From Candidatus Doudnabacteria bacterium (lineage in GTDB: Bacteria; Patescibacteriota; Doudnabacteria; UBA920; O2-02-FULL-48-8): DNA of 64,000 bases. The position numbers and the translations under genes are program-made. Position 1 is the first letter of the stretch, and every line of letters begins with the position of its first letter. The stretch spans positions 2,214 to 66,213 of the forward strand of contig JBDTSL010000001.1 of assembly GCA_039931165.1 (NCBI GenBank), in the 5' to 3' direction. Under the pieces are notes generated by a model. The model ran no database searches. It saw only the letters and a program-made list of their open reading frames with translations, and was not told the DNA's origin. This document shows positions 47,111 through 56,524 of the stretch, in pieces.

Positions 47111-49402
47111 CTATTTCACGCTGTGTCCGCCGAACTGCTCGCGCATGGAAGAAACCAGTTTCCCGACAAAACTCTTAGTTTTTTTTGATCTCACCCGGAA
47201 CCGGAACGACTGTTCGATGATGGCGGCCGGAATTCCCAGCTCTTTGGCGGTTTTGGCGGTCCATTCGCCTTCACCTGTATAACCCACGACCCCGGATATC
47301 CCTTTCAGATTCTGGCCTCGGGCCAAAAATGCATCCTTCAGCCAGCCGACCAATCGAGATTCCACCACGCTGCCGTGATTGTATATATCAGCAACGTCGA
47401 TCAGGTTTAATTTAAACGGCGAGGCTTTCATGATGCCGAACCCTTCCGCGATAGACTGCATCATGCCGTACTCAATGCCGTTATGGACCATTTTCACGAA
47501 ATGGCCGGCGCCGGCTTTACCGAAATATTTGTAGCCATCAGGAATGGACATGGCATCGAACAACGGCCTGAGTTTTTCAAACAGATTCTCTTTGCCGCCG
47601 ATCATCAGACAGCCGCCGCGGAGCGCTCCTCCTGGGCCGCCGGAAAAACCCACGTCCATAAAATCAATGCCTTTTTTCGCGAGCAATCCGCCGCGCCGGA
47701 TGGAATCCTTATAAAACGAATTACCGCTGTCTATCACAATATCGCCCCGTTCCAAATAATCGGCTAACCCGTCCCGGCTAAACAGGACCGCATCGACTTC
47801 AGCGTGCGGCACCATCAGCCAAAAAAGTCTTGGGCGCGGCAGGGAAGCCGCGAGTTCCTTCCAGTTATTTACCGGCTTAAAATTTTTAAATCGCGATAAT
47901 TCCTCGATTGCTTGTTTGGAATGCTGATTAGTCGCGATAATTTGCCAATTTTTTTCCAAAAGCTGTATTGCCAGGTTCTTGCCCATTTTACCCAAACCGA
48001 TCATGGCAAATTTTTTATGGGCAAAATGGGGTTTGGGCAATTGATCAAACATCTGCAAAATCTTCGTATTTTTTTTATATACAGCCAGCGGCGTTGATTT
48101 TTTCTTCCAGTCGGCGATAATCGGATCAATAAATCGCCAGGAAGCGATCGCTTCACGCGAGGAGACAAACAATGTCTGGTCGCCTTCCATGGCATCCCTG
48201 ATTAGCTTGCGGTATTCGGCCACATAGCGAAGTTTGGACTCGGATTCATAGTCAAACCGCAGCTGGCGCTTTTCTAAAACCATGTCCTGCCCTTGCTTAT
48301 TCCAAAATTCTATTTCAATTCCCGGGTTTGGCTGTATCCGAAAAATAATCCGGTTTTTGAATTCCACGCCCTTCAATGTCACAACGATTTCTTTTTTCGT
48401 TTCATGCAGGTTTTTCCCAGCTTCCAGGTAAATCGGCACGTTTTGCCACCTGGGACTGTTAATGTGAGCCAATAGCTTAAAGTATGTCTCAGTATTTGAT
48501 GTCCGGGACACTCCTGGCTCTTTCTTGTAACCCTGGTATTGTCCGCGCAAGGTCTGATTTTTGATTTCGTTTTCACCAAGCAGACGCAAATGGCCGATGA
48601 CCTCGGCGCGCTTGCTGCGAATGATATGCGGATCCGGCGAATTGGGATTATCCATAGTGATCAGAGCCATCATTTGCAGCAAATGATTCTGGCCCATATC
48701 CACCAAAGCGCCGGTGGCGTCATAAAACTCGCCGCGGCTCTCGACATCGATTTCCTCCAGGGTGCGGATCTCGATCTTTTCGATGAAATTATGGTTCCAG
48801 ACGTTCTCTAGCAAATTGTTGGCAAACCTGAACGCCATAATGTCCTGCAGGATATCCTTGGCTAAATAATGGTCTATCCTGTAAATTTGATCGTCGGTGA
48901 AAAGTTTGCCCAAGAGCAAATCGAGTTCTTCGGCGTGGCGAAGATCCTTGCCGAACGGTTTTTCCACGATTATCCTGGCCCACAGGCCGGATTTGGCGCG
49001 GGTCAAACCCGACTTTGCCAGTTCCCGCAGCAATCCGTCATAAAAAATCGGAGGCGTAGCCAGATAAAATAATTTATTCCCGGCGCCTTTAAGCTTGCCG
49101 ACAAGCGACTGAAACGCGTCTTTCTGATCGAACATTCCCTGATGATAAGAAAACAATCTCAAAAAAGGGCCAATATTACCCTGGATCTTTACTTTTTTAC
49201 GCAAAGATTTTTTTAAAAGTTGGCGAAACTGTTCGTCGGAAAAAGGCCGGCGGGCAAAACCAATCACCCGAAATTTCGCGGGCAACTGTTTTTCAAGATA
49301 CAAATGGTAAAGCGCGGGCAGTAATTTGCGCTCAACCAGATCACCTGTGGCGCCGAAGATCACCAAAACCGTCGGTTCTTTAATGCTCTTGCGTATTGCC
49401 AT
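47111..49402 (-). CDS. Fused glucose-6-phosphate dehydrogenase / 6-phosphogluconate dehydrogenase
   Basis: N-part GATGDL, EKPFG, RIDHYLAK, NHLLQ; C-part GLGKMG, DSGN, SGG, GAGHFVKMVHNGIEYG, TGEGEWT. Confidence 0.92.
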   Translation of the reverse strand: MAIRKSIKEPTVLVIFGATGDLVERKLLPALYHLYLEKQLPAKFRVIGFARRPFSDEQFRQLLKKSLRKKVKIQGNIGPFLRLFSYHQGMFDQKDAFQSLVGKLKGAGNKLFYLATPPIFYDGLLRELAKSGLTRAKSGLWARIIVEKPFGKDLRHAEELDLLLGKLFTDDQIYRIDHYLAKDILQDIMAFRFANNLLENVWNHNFIEKIEIRTLEEIDVESRGEFYDATGALVDMGQNHLLQMMALITMDNPNSPDPHIIRSKRAEVIGHLRLLGENEIKNQTLRGQYQGYKKEPGVSRTSNTETYFKLLAHINSPRWQNVPIYLEAGKNLHETKKEIVVTLKGVEFKNRIIFRIQPNPGIEIEFWNKQGQDMVLEKRQLRFDYESESKLRYVAEYRKLIRDAMEGDQTLFVSSREAIASWRFIDPIIADWKKKSTPLAVYKKNTKILQMFDQLPKPHFAHKKFAMIGLGKMGKNLAIQLLEKNWQIIATNQHSKQAIEELSRFKNFKPVNNWKELAASLPRPRLFWLMVPHAEVDAVLFSRDGLADYLERGDIVIDSGNSFYKDSIRRGGLLAKKGIDFMDVGFSGGPGGALRGGCLMIGGKENLFEKLRPLFDAMSIPDGYKYFGKAGAGHFVKMVHNGIEYGMMQSIAEGFGIMKASPFKLNLIDVADIYNHGSVVESRLVGWLKDAFLARGQNLKGISGVVGYTGEGEWTAKTAKELGIPAAIIEQSFRFRVRSKKTKSFVGKLVSSMREQFGGHSVK

Positions 49403-49437
49403 ATAAAGTATATTAGCATAAAATGTGTAAGTAATTC

Positions 49438-50046
49438 ATGTCTACACTGCCGAAATCGATCCAGAATCTGATCAACGAATTTTCCAAACTACCGGGCATC
49501 GGGCCGAAAACCGCTTCCCGCCTGGCTTTTTATTTGCTCAAAACCCCCAACATCGACCTTCAAAGTTTTGCCCAGGCCGTAGCGGAGTTGCAAAAAAATA
49601 TTATTTATTGCTCGACCTGCTTTAACATGGCCGAATCAGACCCCTGCAAAATTTGCGCCGATTCAAAGCGCGACCATGATCTGATCTGCGTGGTGGAAGA
49701 CCCGTTGGATGTGGTGGCCATGGATCAGATCTCCAATTTTAACGGCGTCTACCATGTCTTGGGCGGAGTTATCTCGCCGCTCGACGGCATGGGGCCGGAT
49801 AATCTTAAAATCACCGAGTTGCTGGCACGATTGTCGGCGCCGGGAGCAAAAGAAATTATCCTGACCACCAATCCTTCGCTGGAAGGCGAAGCCACAGCCA
49901 TGTACATTGCCAAGCAACTGCGGCAGGCGCAATTTTCGCATATAAAAGTCACTCGCATCGCCAGAGGCCTTCCTTCCGGCGCGGATCTGGAATACACAGA
50001 CGAATATACTTTGAGCAAAGCCATCGAAGGCCGCCGGGAATATTAG
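49438..50046 (+). CDS. recR: Recombination mediator RecR
   Basis: LPGIGPKTA, C4 Zn finger, ICVVE, YHVLGG, EGEATA. Confidence 0.97.
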   Translation: MSTLPKSIQNLINEFSKLPGIGPKTASRLAFYLLKTPNIDLQSFAQAVAELQKNIIYCSTCFNMAESDPCKICADSKRDHDLICVVEDPLDVVAMDQISNFNGVYHVLGGVISPLDGMGPDNLKITELLARLSAPGAKEIILTTNPSLEGEATAMYIAKQLRQAQFSHIKVTRIARGLPSGADLEYTDEYTLSKAIEGRREY

Positions 50047-50319
50047 AAATAAAAAAGAGGCTCTGGCTAAAGATAGCCAGGGCCGTGCCGAATCCGGTCA
50101 TGAGAAACCGAAAATTCGGGCGTATTTCGAGAGAAAAAACATAGTTGTGTTCAAACGACGGCGGATCGCTTCGATCGGGCCTTCAATGTCAAACAAATAA
50201 CAGAGGATCTCAACCGGTGCCAGCATTATCAGAAACACGTGCCTGGCCGAGGCAAAAGCCAATACAAGTAAGATCGCAAACAAGACCATCGCACCTCAAT
50301 GTGTGATCCGGAAGTGATC

Positions 50320-50562
50320 TTACTCGTTCTTGTGGAAACCCTTGACGTGACGTGCGTGATGAGCACGACAATCCACTTCCGTGATTCGCCGCGTGGCAAA
50401 GTCCGTCGCTTCTGCCAATAACTTCCTGGCGTCCTCATCGGTGCGAGAACTAAGTTGCTGCGCACTAACCCCGCTGTTGCGCAAGTATTCTTCGAAGTAC
50501 TGGCGTCTCAGGGCACTGTGCGGATCTTCCATCGGATGCACATCATCAAGACGATCAACCAT
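50320..50562 (-). CDS. Small hypothetical protein
   Basis: 80-aa ORF with AAGGAGG RBS upstream. Confidence 0.55.
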   Translation of the reverse strand: MVDRLDDVHPMEDPHSALRRQYFEEYLRNSGVSAQQLSSRTDEDARKLLAEATDFATRRITEVDCRAHHARHVKGFHKNE

Positions 50563-50641
50563 GAAACCCTCCTTGGTATCTGGCGTTAAATTCTGAAAAC
50601 AAAAAGAAACTGCAAAAAACCATTCGCAGTTTCCTTTTATT

Positions 50642-50950
50642 TTAAGTAATGGATTGTATTTCGACGATCGTCTGCGACTGCCTGTGTCCCTGTTTTCTGC
50701 GGTAGCGCGATTTGGCGCGGTATTTGAAGACGATCAGCTTCTCACCCCGGCCTTGGGACAAAACTTTGCCGGTAACTTTAGTGCCGGTTATATAAGGCTT
50801 GCCCAAATTCACTTTCGAATCATTGGCTACGAGCAAAACCTTATCAAAGGTAACAGAATCCCCTTCATTTGCTATTAGTTTTTCAACTATAACTTTGTCT
50901 TTCGGGGCAACCAGATACTGCTTGCCGCCTGTTTCTATTACTGCCTGCAT
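50642..50950 (-). CDS. rplU: 50S ribosomal protein L21
   Basis: AVIETGGKQY, GKPY, KQGHRQ. Confidence 0.97.
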   Translation of the reverse strand: MQAVIETGGKQYLVAPKDKVIVEKLIANEGDSVTFDKVLLVANDSKVNLGKPYITGTKVTGKVLSQGRGEKLIVFKYRAKSRYRRKQGHRQSQTIVEIQSIT

Positions 50951-51073
50951 AGATTTTCTTTCATCTTATTCTCCCCTTTCAGGGAGATGTCCGCAAAGCG
51001 GACAGAGAGGTATATTCTGGGTCAGTTAATTACCAAAAAAGTTTAGCAAAAAACACTGAACTGGTCAAGGCGG

Positions 51074-51526
51074 TTATTTAAAAAATACCCAATCCCCGAC
51101 CTTGATCCCATTTTTCGCACTCCAGCCGGCGTTGACTTCGATTGTCGAATCAACCGGCACAGATGGCATATACCTTATCAGATCAGCGTCCGCGGCATCA
51201 GGTTGTGGCAAAACATTTGGGGTAATTTCAACCACTTTTCCATTGCGGACCCAGATGAAATCCAGAGGTATCATGGTATCCTTCATCCAGAAAGCTACTT
51301 GGCCCGGGGTTTGGAATATGAAAATCATGCCGTCATTTTCCGGCATCGAAGCGCGACCGCCCAGGCCTTGGGCCTGCTCTTGTGGTGTTCGCGCCACATC
51401 AACATTCAGCACATGACCCGCTATTGTTACATTTGGGGTAATTTGTTTGTTGCAGCTCGCTGCCAAAAAAACCAGAGGGATTAAAATTAAAACTATTTTA
51501 ATTTTACTAAAGCCAATTTTTTTCAT
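51074..51526 (-). CDS. DUF192 family lipoprotein
   Basis: Lipobox LAASC, QGLGGR, GMIFIF, FWMKDTMIPLD, EVNAG; start MKKIGF. Confidence 0.85.
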   Translation of the reverse strand: MKKIGFSKIKIVLILIPLVFLAASCNKQITPNVTIAGHVLNVDVARTPQEQAQGLGGRASMPENDGMIFIFQTPGQVAFWMKDTMIPLDFIWVRNGKVVEITPNVLPQPDAADADLIRYMPSVPVDSTIEVNAGWSAKNGIKVGDWVFFK

Positions 51527-51536
51527 AATCTTATTT

Positions 51537-51649
51537 GTCTTTGCGAGGCTTCCAAAAGCATGAACCAAGGCCGAAGCAATCTCTTTCCCAAAGATTAGAT
51601 TGCTTCGTCGCCCTGTACCGAGCGCCGGTACAGGGCTCCTCGCAAAGGC
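51537..51649. repeat. GCGAG/GCAATC palindromic element, copy 4
   Basis: GTCTTTGCGAGG...CGAAGCAATCT...AGATTGCTTCGTCG...CTCCTCGCAAAGGC. Confidence 0.85.
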
Positions 51650-51666
51650 GACTTATTAAAAATTAT

Positions 51667-52737
51667 TTATTCAGAACGTTTATTTTTTTCTTTAAACGCG
51701 CTGTAAATCGAAGCGATGATCGCCAGCATGACCAGAATTAGAATGACCAGGGCTATGAGCTTGCCGCGGGACTGTAAAAATAATGCCGAAACTCCAAAAA
51801 TTCCGGTCAAAGCATAGAGAAACAGCACGGCCTGCGGTTCGGATAACCCTACCTCCAGCAGTTTAAAGTGCAAATGCTTGCGGTCTCCGGAAAACGGCGA
51901 TTGTCCGGCTCGCAATCTTTGGAACACCACCCAGACCATATCCAACAGAGGAATGCCCATGACCAGAAGCGCTGTGGCGATCTTGCCGCCGGAAACGATG
52001 GCCAATACTGCCAGCATAAAACCGGCAAAAGTGGATCCCGACTCGCCCAAAAATATTTTGGCCGGATAAAAATTAAGGATCAAAAACCCGGCCAAGCTGC
52101 CGGCAAAAGTGACTGCCAACAGAGCGGTCTGCGGCTGATTGACTTGGGGAGTGAGAGAAAGACCAAACAATATCAAAGCTGAGATGGCTGCAACTCCTGT
52201 GACCAGCCCGTCTATTCCGTCCAAAAGTTTGGTGGTATAAGTTATGGTCAATGTCCATACAAATACGACCAGACCCGACACCAGAGGCAGGCCAAACAGT
52301 TTTAAATTATCCAACAAGATGATGCCGTTATTGAAAGGATTATGCACGCTGACAGCCGTGACACCCGAAGTCACGATCGCTAAACCAGCCAAGGCTGGAA
52401 ATAAAATCGAGTATTTCGGCGGCAACCGGTAACGCTCGTCCAGATAGCCTCCAAACATCAGTATTGCCCCTCCTGCCCAGATCCCGGCCAAAACCTTCAG
52501 CGGAATATTGCCATGCAATAAATATCCGCCAAATATTCCCACTGCCAGCGTAACCAGGAAAAAACTTCCATATACCGCTATTCCGCCCAAAGTCGGAGTT
52601 GCCTGCTTATGAAACCGGCGCTCGGTGTCCGGAAAATCCAAAATTTTGCGCCGCACCGCCATGCGGAATACCAAAACCGTGCCGATGAAAGAAACGACAA
52701 ACGCCGAAGCAAACGAAGCAATATAAATAAAATTCAT
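51667..52737 (-). CDS. WecA/TagO-like undecaprenyl-phosphate GlcNAc-1-phosphate transferase
   Basis: TPTLGG, DGIDGL, FLGESGS, DRKHLHFKL; start MNFIYI. Confidence 0.88.
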   Translation of the reverse strand: MNFIYIASFASAFVVSFIGTVLVFRMAVRRKILDFPDTERRFHKQATPTLGGIAVYGSFFLVTLAVGIFGGYLLHGNIPLKVLAGIWAGGAILMFGGYLDERYRLPPKYSILFPALAGLAIVTSGVTAVSVHNPFNNGIILLDNLKLFGLPLVSGLVVFVWTLTITYTTKLLDGIDGLVTGVAAISALILFGLSLTPQVNQPQTALLAVTFAGSLAGFLILNFYPAKIFLGESGSTFAGFMLAVLAIVSGGKIATALLVMGIPLLDMVWVVFQRLRAGQSPFSGDRKHLHFKLLEVGLSEPQAVLFLYALTGIFGVSALFLQSRGKLIALVILILVMLAIIASIYSAFKEKNKRSE

Positions 52738-54389
52738 ATTTTCTCGGTTAATGGGACCTCGTGCTTGCGGACCTTTGGCGTGACAAAAAATTCCATATAT
52801 TTTCCGAGCATCATCCGGGTCTGGGCATCGATCGCGGGCAGGGACCCGAACAACGATGAAACGATCGGGCTTAGGATCCACTGCCAGACCATGGAAAAGG
52901 ATTTCCACCGGCTGTATTCTTTCGGCCTCGGGGGCAGCAGAACCAAACTGACATACATGGAAAAGATCAGAAAAAAAGTGGCTATGGTCATTATCCCACG
53001 GGTCAGCTGAGGCAAATTAAGCGCCAGCACCGTGGTCCCGAAACGCTCCCCGCCAAAGATCAGCGGCAGCCAGCCCAGCACTGCTATCATGATCGAGGCA
53101 GTGGCCCAAAAATAATGGCCTTCGACCAGCCTTTCGCCCCAGAGCAATTTTTTCCAAAGCGGAATTTTATGATTTTTTATGAATTCAGGAATGACCATGG
53201 GAATTTCCGTACAGCCCCATGCCCAGCGCCGCTTTTGTTTGTACAGGGCAAGCAAGGTGCCTGTGTACGTACTGGCGAGCACGGCGTCCATGGATACGGT
53301 GCTGAACAGAGGCTTGCTCCGGTAATCGCCATTAAAATGAAGGAAACACTGCCAGAAAATATGCGAGTCGTCGGGAATAATGTCAGTTCGCCAAAATCCC
53401 ACATCCACCAAAGTTTTGAAACTCATAGCGTGCGACGAAAAGGTGATCAACCTATCCGGCCTCGATGCTTCCACCAGCTGCCAGAACGAGGACGAACTGG
53501 CTATCACTCTTGCCACAGCCGGCGAATCCCAGATGTTGTTGTGGAACATAGGCATGGGTTGGTAGCTTGATTGCAGAGGTTTTGCCGCGGTCAGAAAATC
53601 ATAGGTCAAATGGGCGAAGTAATTTTTCGAGATCGTGGTATCGGAATCAAAAGCGGAAACTATGACATCTTCATAAGAAATATTCGTCTCATCGATGAAT
53701 TTTTGCCCGAGCTTGGCCGCATGAGTGATGTTGGCGCCTTTAACCTTGGCTTCCCCGACTACCCCGTCCGGGTGCTTGGAAATGACAAATTTATGAAAAC
53801 TGTTCTGATATTTCTCAAAAAGTTTTTTGGCTTTTTGTTCGGCTTCAGTGCCGGCCCGCTCCTCGGTGGCCAGAACAAAAATGATCTTCGAATGGTCATA
53901 CCGAGCCCCGGCGTATGAAGATATCGAGCTATCGAGCAGTTCAAAATTTTCATTAAAAGTCGCCAAAATAACCATATGGTAAATACGGGTAAAATCAAAG
54001 TTGCGATCTGAAGGCAAACCATCCAGGCATTCGATCTGTTGACGGTATAGTCCGCGAAGGCTATTTCTCGGATCGGTGATCAAAGCCTGGGACAAATAAG
54101 CCTTGAATGTCTCCGGATTTTTCAGCCTATTGATCCAGTCAAACCAGTCGATCTGGTTGTGAGTTTTCAGCTCATTATAAGAGTGCAACAAATGCAAGGC
54201 GACATTCGCGCCTTTCAGAAACCAAAAGAGGTCAAACAAAATAATATAAACGGATATCCAAACCGGATGGAAATAAGCCAGTACCGGAGCTCCAAGCAAA
54301 GTCGTCCAGGTCAGAACCCCGGGAAATATTTCCAAAAAACGGACCAAGGGCGTCTTTTTAATCGAAGTTGTATTACCGGGCATTTGCAT
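52734..54389 (-). CDS. Membrane GT2-family glycosyltransferase
   Basis: KGAN, FDSD (DxD), PDD, QKRRWAWG (QxxRW). Confidence 0.85.
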   Translation of the reverse strand: MQMPGNTTSIKKTPLVRFLEIFPGVLTWTTLLGAPVLAYFHPVWISVYIILFDLFWFLKGANVALHLLHSYNELKTHNQIDWFDWINRLKNPETFKAYLSQALITDPRNSLRGLYRQQIECLDGLPSDRNFDFTRIYHMVILATFNENFELLDSSISSYAGARYDHSKIIFVLATEERAGTEAEQKAKKLFEKYQNSFHKFVISKHPDGVVGEAKVKGANITHAAKLGQKFIDETNISYEDVIVSAFDSDTTISKNYFAHLTYDFLTAAKPLQSSYQPMPMFHNNIWDSPAVARVIASSSSFWQLVEASRPDRLITFSSHAMSFKTLVDVGFWRTDIIPDDSHIFWQCFLHFNGDYRSKPLFSTVSMDAVLASTYTGTLLALYKQKRRWAWGCTEIPMVIPEFIKNHKIPLWKKLLWGERLVEGHYFWATASIMIAVLGWLPLIFGGERFGTTVLALNLPQLTRGIMTIATFFLIFSMYVSLVLLPPRPKEYSRWKSFSMVWQWILSPIVSSLFGSLPAIDAQTRMMLGKYMEFFVTPKVRKHEVPLTEKI

Positions 54390-54792
54390 TTATCAAAACT
54401 ATGCTGGCGACGAGGAAAATCAACTGAATGGCGATAGAAGAAATTACCAGAAAATACGCGGCCAGTTTTTCTTTACGGTAAAAAACGGAAGCCGCGGCCA
54501 TATTGATCATAAGCAGGATCAGGGCAAGTAAAGGGATCCAGTAAATGTACAAGGCTTTTTGGACCAGATCAGTGCCATAAACCACGCTGTAATGCAACAG
54601 GATAGGGGCATCTGAGGTCTTTATCTTGCTCAGCAATATCAACCAATGTATAATATTTAAAAGGCCTGCTATCCCCAAACTGTAATAGTTCATAGGTTCA
54701 GCCAGGAATGATTTTATTGGGTCTGAGGACCTGCGAAAAACCGCATTCAATTTGCTCCTCAGCGCTTCGCCAGGTATCGCAAATCTGTTCAT
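54373..54792 (-). CDS. Three-TM hypothetical protein (DUF1648-like)
   Basis: ILLHYSVVYGTD, three hydrophobic segments; start uncertain. Confidence 0.65.
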   Translation of the reverse strand: MNRFAIPGEALRSKLNAVFRRSSDPIKSFLAEPMNYYSLGIAGLLNIIHWLILLSKIKTSDAPILLHYSVVYGTDLVQKALYIYWIPLLALILLMINMAAASVFYRKEKLAAYFLVISSIAIQLIFLVASIVLINANAR

Positions 54793-54877
54793 GATCTTGA
54801 TTAAATTACGCTTAAAATCACCGCGTTTTCAGCAACAAACATTAGGGTAATTATACCGCTTTTGCCGTAAACTTTCA

Positions 54878-56524
54878 ATGAAAAATTTCTTCAAATCAAA
54901 CTGGGTTTTGCTCTTGATTTTGGCTTTGGCTTTGTTCTTCCGTTTTTGGCAGATCGGACATCTGCCCGGTGGCCTGTTCCCGGATGAGGCGGCCAACGGT
55001 TTGGACGTCAATTCCATATTACACGGCCACCTCCAGCCTTTTTACGAACGCGGCAACGGACGGGAAGCGCTGTTTTTTTACTTTGAAGCGTTTTCGGTTT
55101 TACTCTTCGGCCCGGGGGTATGGCAATTCCATATAGTCTCCGCCGCGTTTGGCTTTGCCGCCGTTCTAGCGGCTTACTTTTTGGCCAAAAAAATGTTCGG
55201 AAAAAGGGTGGCTTTGCTGTCCGCATTGTTCATGGCAGTGTCAAGTTATGCTGTGATTATCTCGCGCACGGCTTTTAGGGCAAACGCGGTGCCGCTTTTC
55301 AGTACCCTGACCCTTCTGTTTCTGGTAAAATTTTTTTCCGCCCAAGGCGGACAAAACTCCAAAGAAAAATATTGGTCCGCGGCACTGGCCGGAATCTCTT
55401 TCGGGTTGGGTTTTTATACTTATATTTCGTTCAGAATGATGCTGCCTTTGGTGGTCGGTTTTCTGATTATATTGGCAATTGGATTTAGGAGCGAACTGCG
55501 CGAGAAATGGCGCGAGTATGCCAAATACAAAGCTGCGTTTATAGCCGCTTTCTTGCTGGCGATTTCCTGGATCGCGGTTTATTTCATCCAAAATCCTAAA
55601 AGTTTCGTCGGCCGAGCCGGCGGTGTTTCGGTCTTTAATGAAGAACTTAACCATGGAGATCTGATCGGCACAATAATTCTGGTTTTCAAAAAAACTTTTT
55701 TGAGCTTTTTTACCCATGGCGATATTATTTGGCGGCATAACGTCTCCGGATTTCCGTTCCTGTCTCCCCTGCTCAGCCCGTTCTTTGCCTTGGCTGTGAT
55801 CTGGTTTACGATCTCGCTTTTCCGCCTGCTCAAACAGGTCTGGGACCAAAAAATTCAGGAACAGACCGTTTATCAGGCTCTGCTGGCATGCTGGTTTTGG
55901 TTCATGCTGGTCCCCGAACTTGCTACCGCCGAAGGCATCCCCCACGGCTTGCGGCTTACGGGTGTCATACCTGTCATATTCATTCTGGCCGCTTGGGGTG
56001 TCAATTGGTTTTGGGAAAGAATGCCTCACAAGGATTATCTGAAAGCGGAAAAAACCCTAGTAGCCGTAATTTTTGTTTCGGGATTGATCATCTACAACTT
56101 CCTATTATATTTCGGCCTGGCCGCTTCATCTGCCGGATATTACTACGCGTTCCGCTCCGACCTGACCGATGTCAGCAACTATCTCAACCAAAGAAACATG
56201 AAAGACAGGACTTATCTGACCCTTGATACATTTTCAGTCCAGACCACGGATTATCTTACGACCGACTTTAACCAGCCGTATATTTTGGTGGATCCGGCCC
56301 ATGCCTTTGAAGTAAAACTAAAAACGGGCGACCAGGTCGTATTTACAATGAGCACGCTGTTTGACAGCAAGAAATTCTGTGAATCCCATCCGACCGCAAA
56401 ATTGGTGCAAAAAAACGTAAACCAGTTCGGATTGGTCTCCATGGCTGTTTATGAAGACAGGAATATTTCCGGCGATGTCTGCGAGCCTTCTGGCAATCCC
56501 GGATTTAACACCAACCCAAGCTAA
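54878..56524 (+). CDS. ArnT/PMT-like (GT-C) glycosyltransferase
   Basis: LALFFRF, PGGLFPDEAANG, GFYTYISFR, many TMs. Confidence 0.85.
   Translation: MKNFFKSNWVLLLILALALFFRFWQIGHLPGGLFPDEAANGLDVNSILHGHLQPFYERGNGREALFFYFEAFSVLLFGPGVWQFHIVSAAFGFAAVLAAYFLAKKMFGKRVALLSALFMAVSSYAVIISRTAFRANAVPLFSTLTLLFLVKFFSAQGGQNSKEKYWSAALAGISFGLGFYTYISFRMMLPLVVGFLIILAIGFRSELREKWREYAKYKAAFIAAFLLAISWIAVYFIQNPKSFVGRAGGVSVFNEELNHGDLIGTIILVFKKTFLSFFTHGDIIWRHNVSGFPFLSPLLSPFFALAVIWFTISLFRLLKQVWDQKIQEQTVYQALLACWFWFMLVPELATAEGIPHGLRLTGVIPVIFILAAWGVNWFWERMPHKDYLKAEKTLVAVIFVSGLIIYNFLLYFGLAASSAGYYYAFRSDLTDVSNYLNQRNMKDRTYLTLDTFSVQTTDYLTTDFNQPYILVDPAHAFEVKLKTGDQVVFTMSTLFDSKKFCESHPTAKLVQKNVNQFGLVSMAVYEDRNISGDVCEPSGNPGFNTNPS

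Noticed and set aside
50098-50289. 63-aa hydrophobic ORF after recR
   Set aside because: Could be real (GAGG upstream) but has no motif support and an uncertain start.
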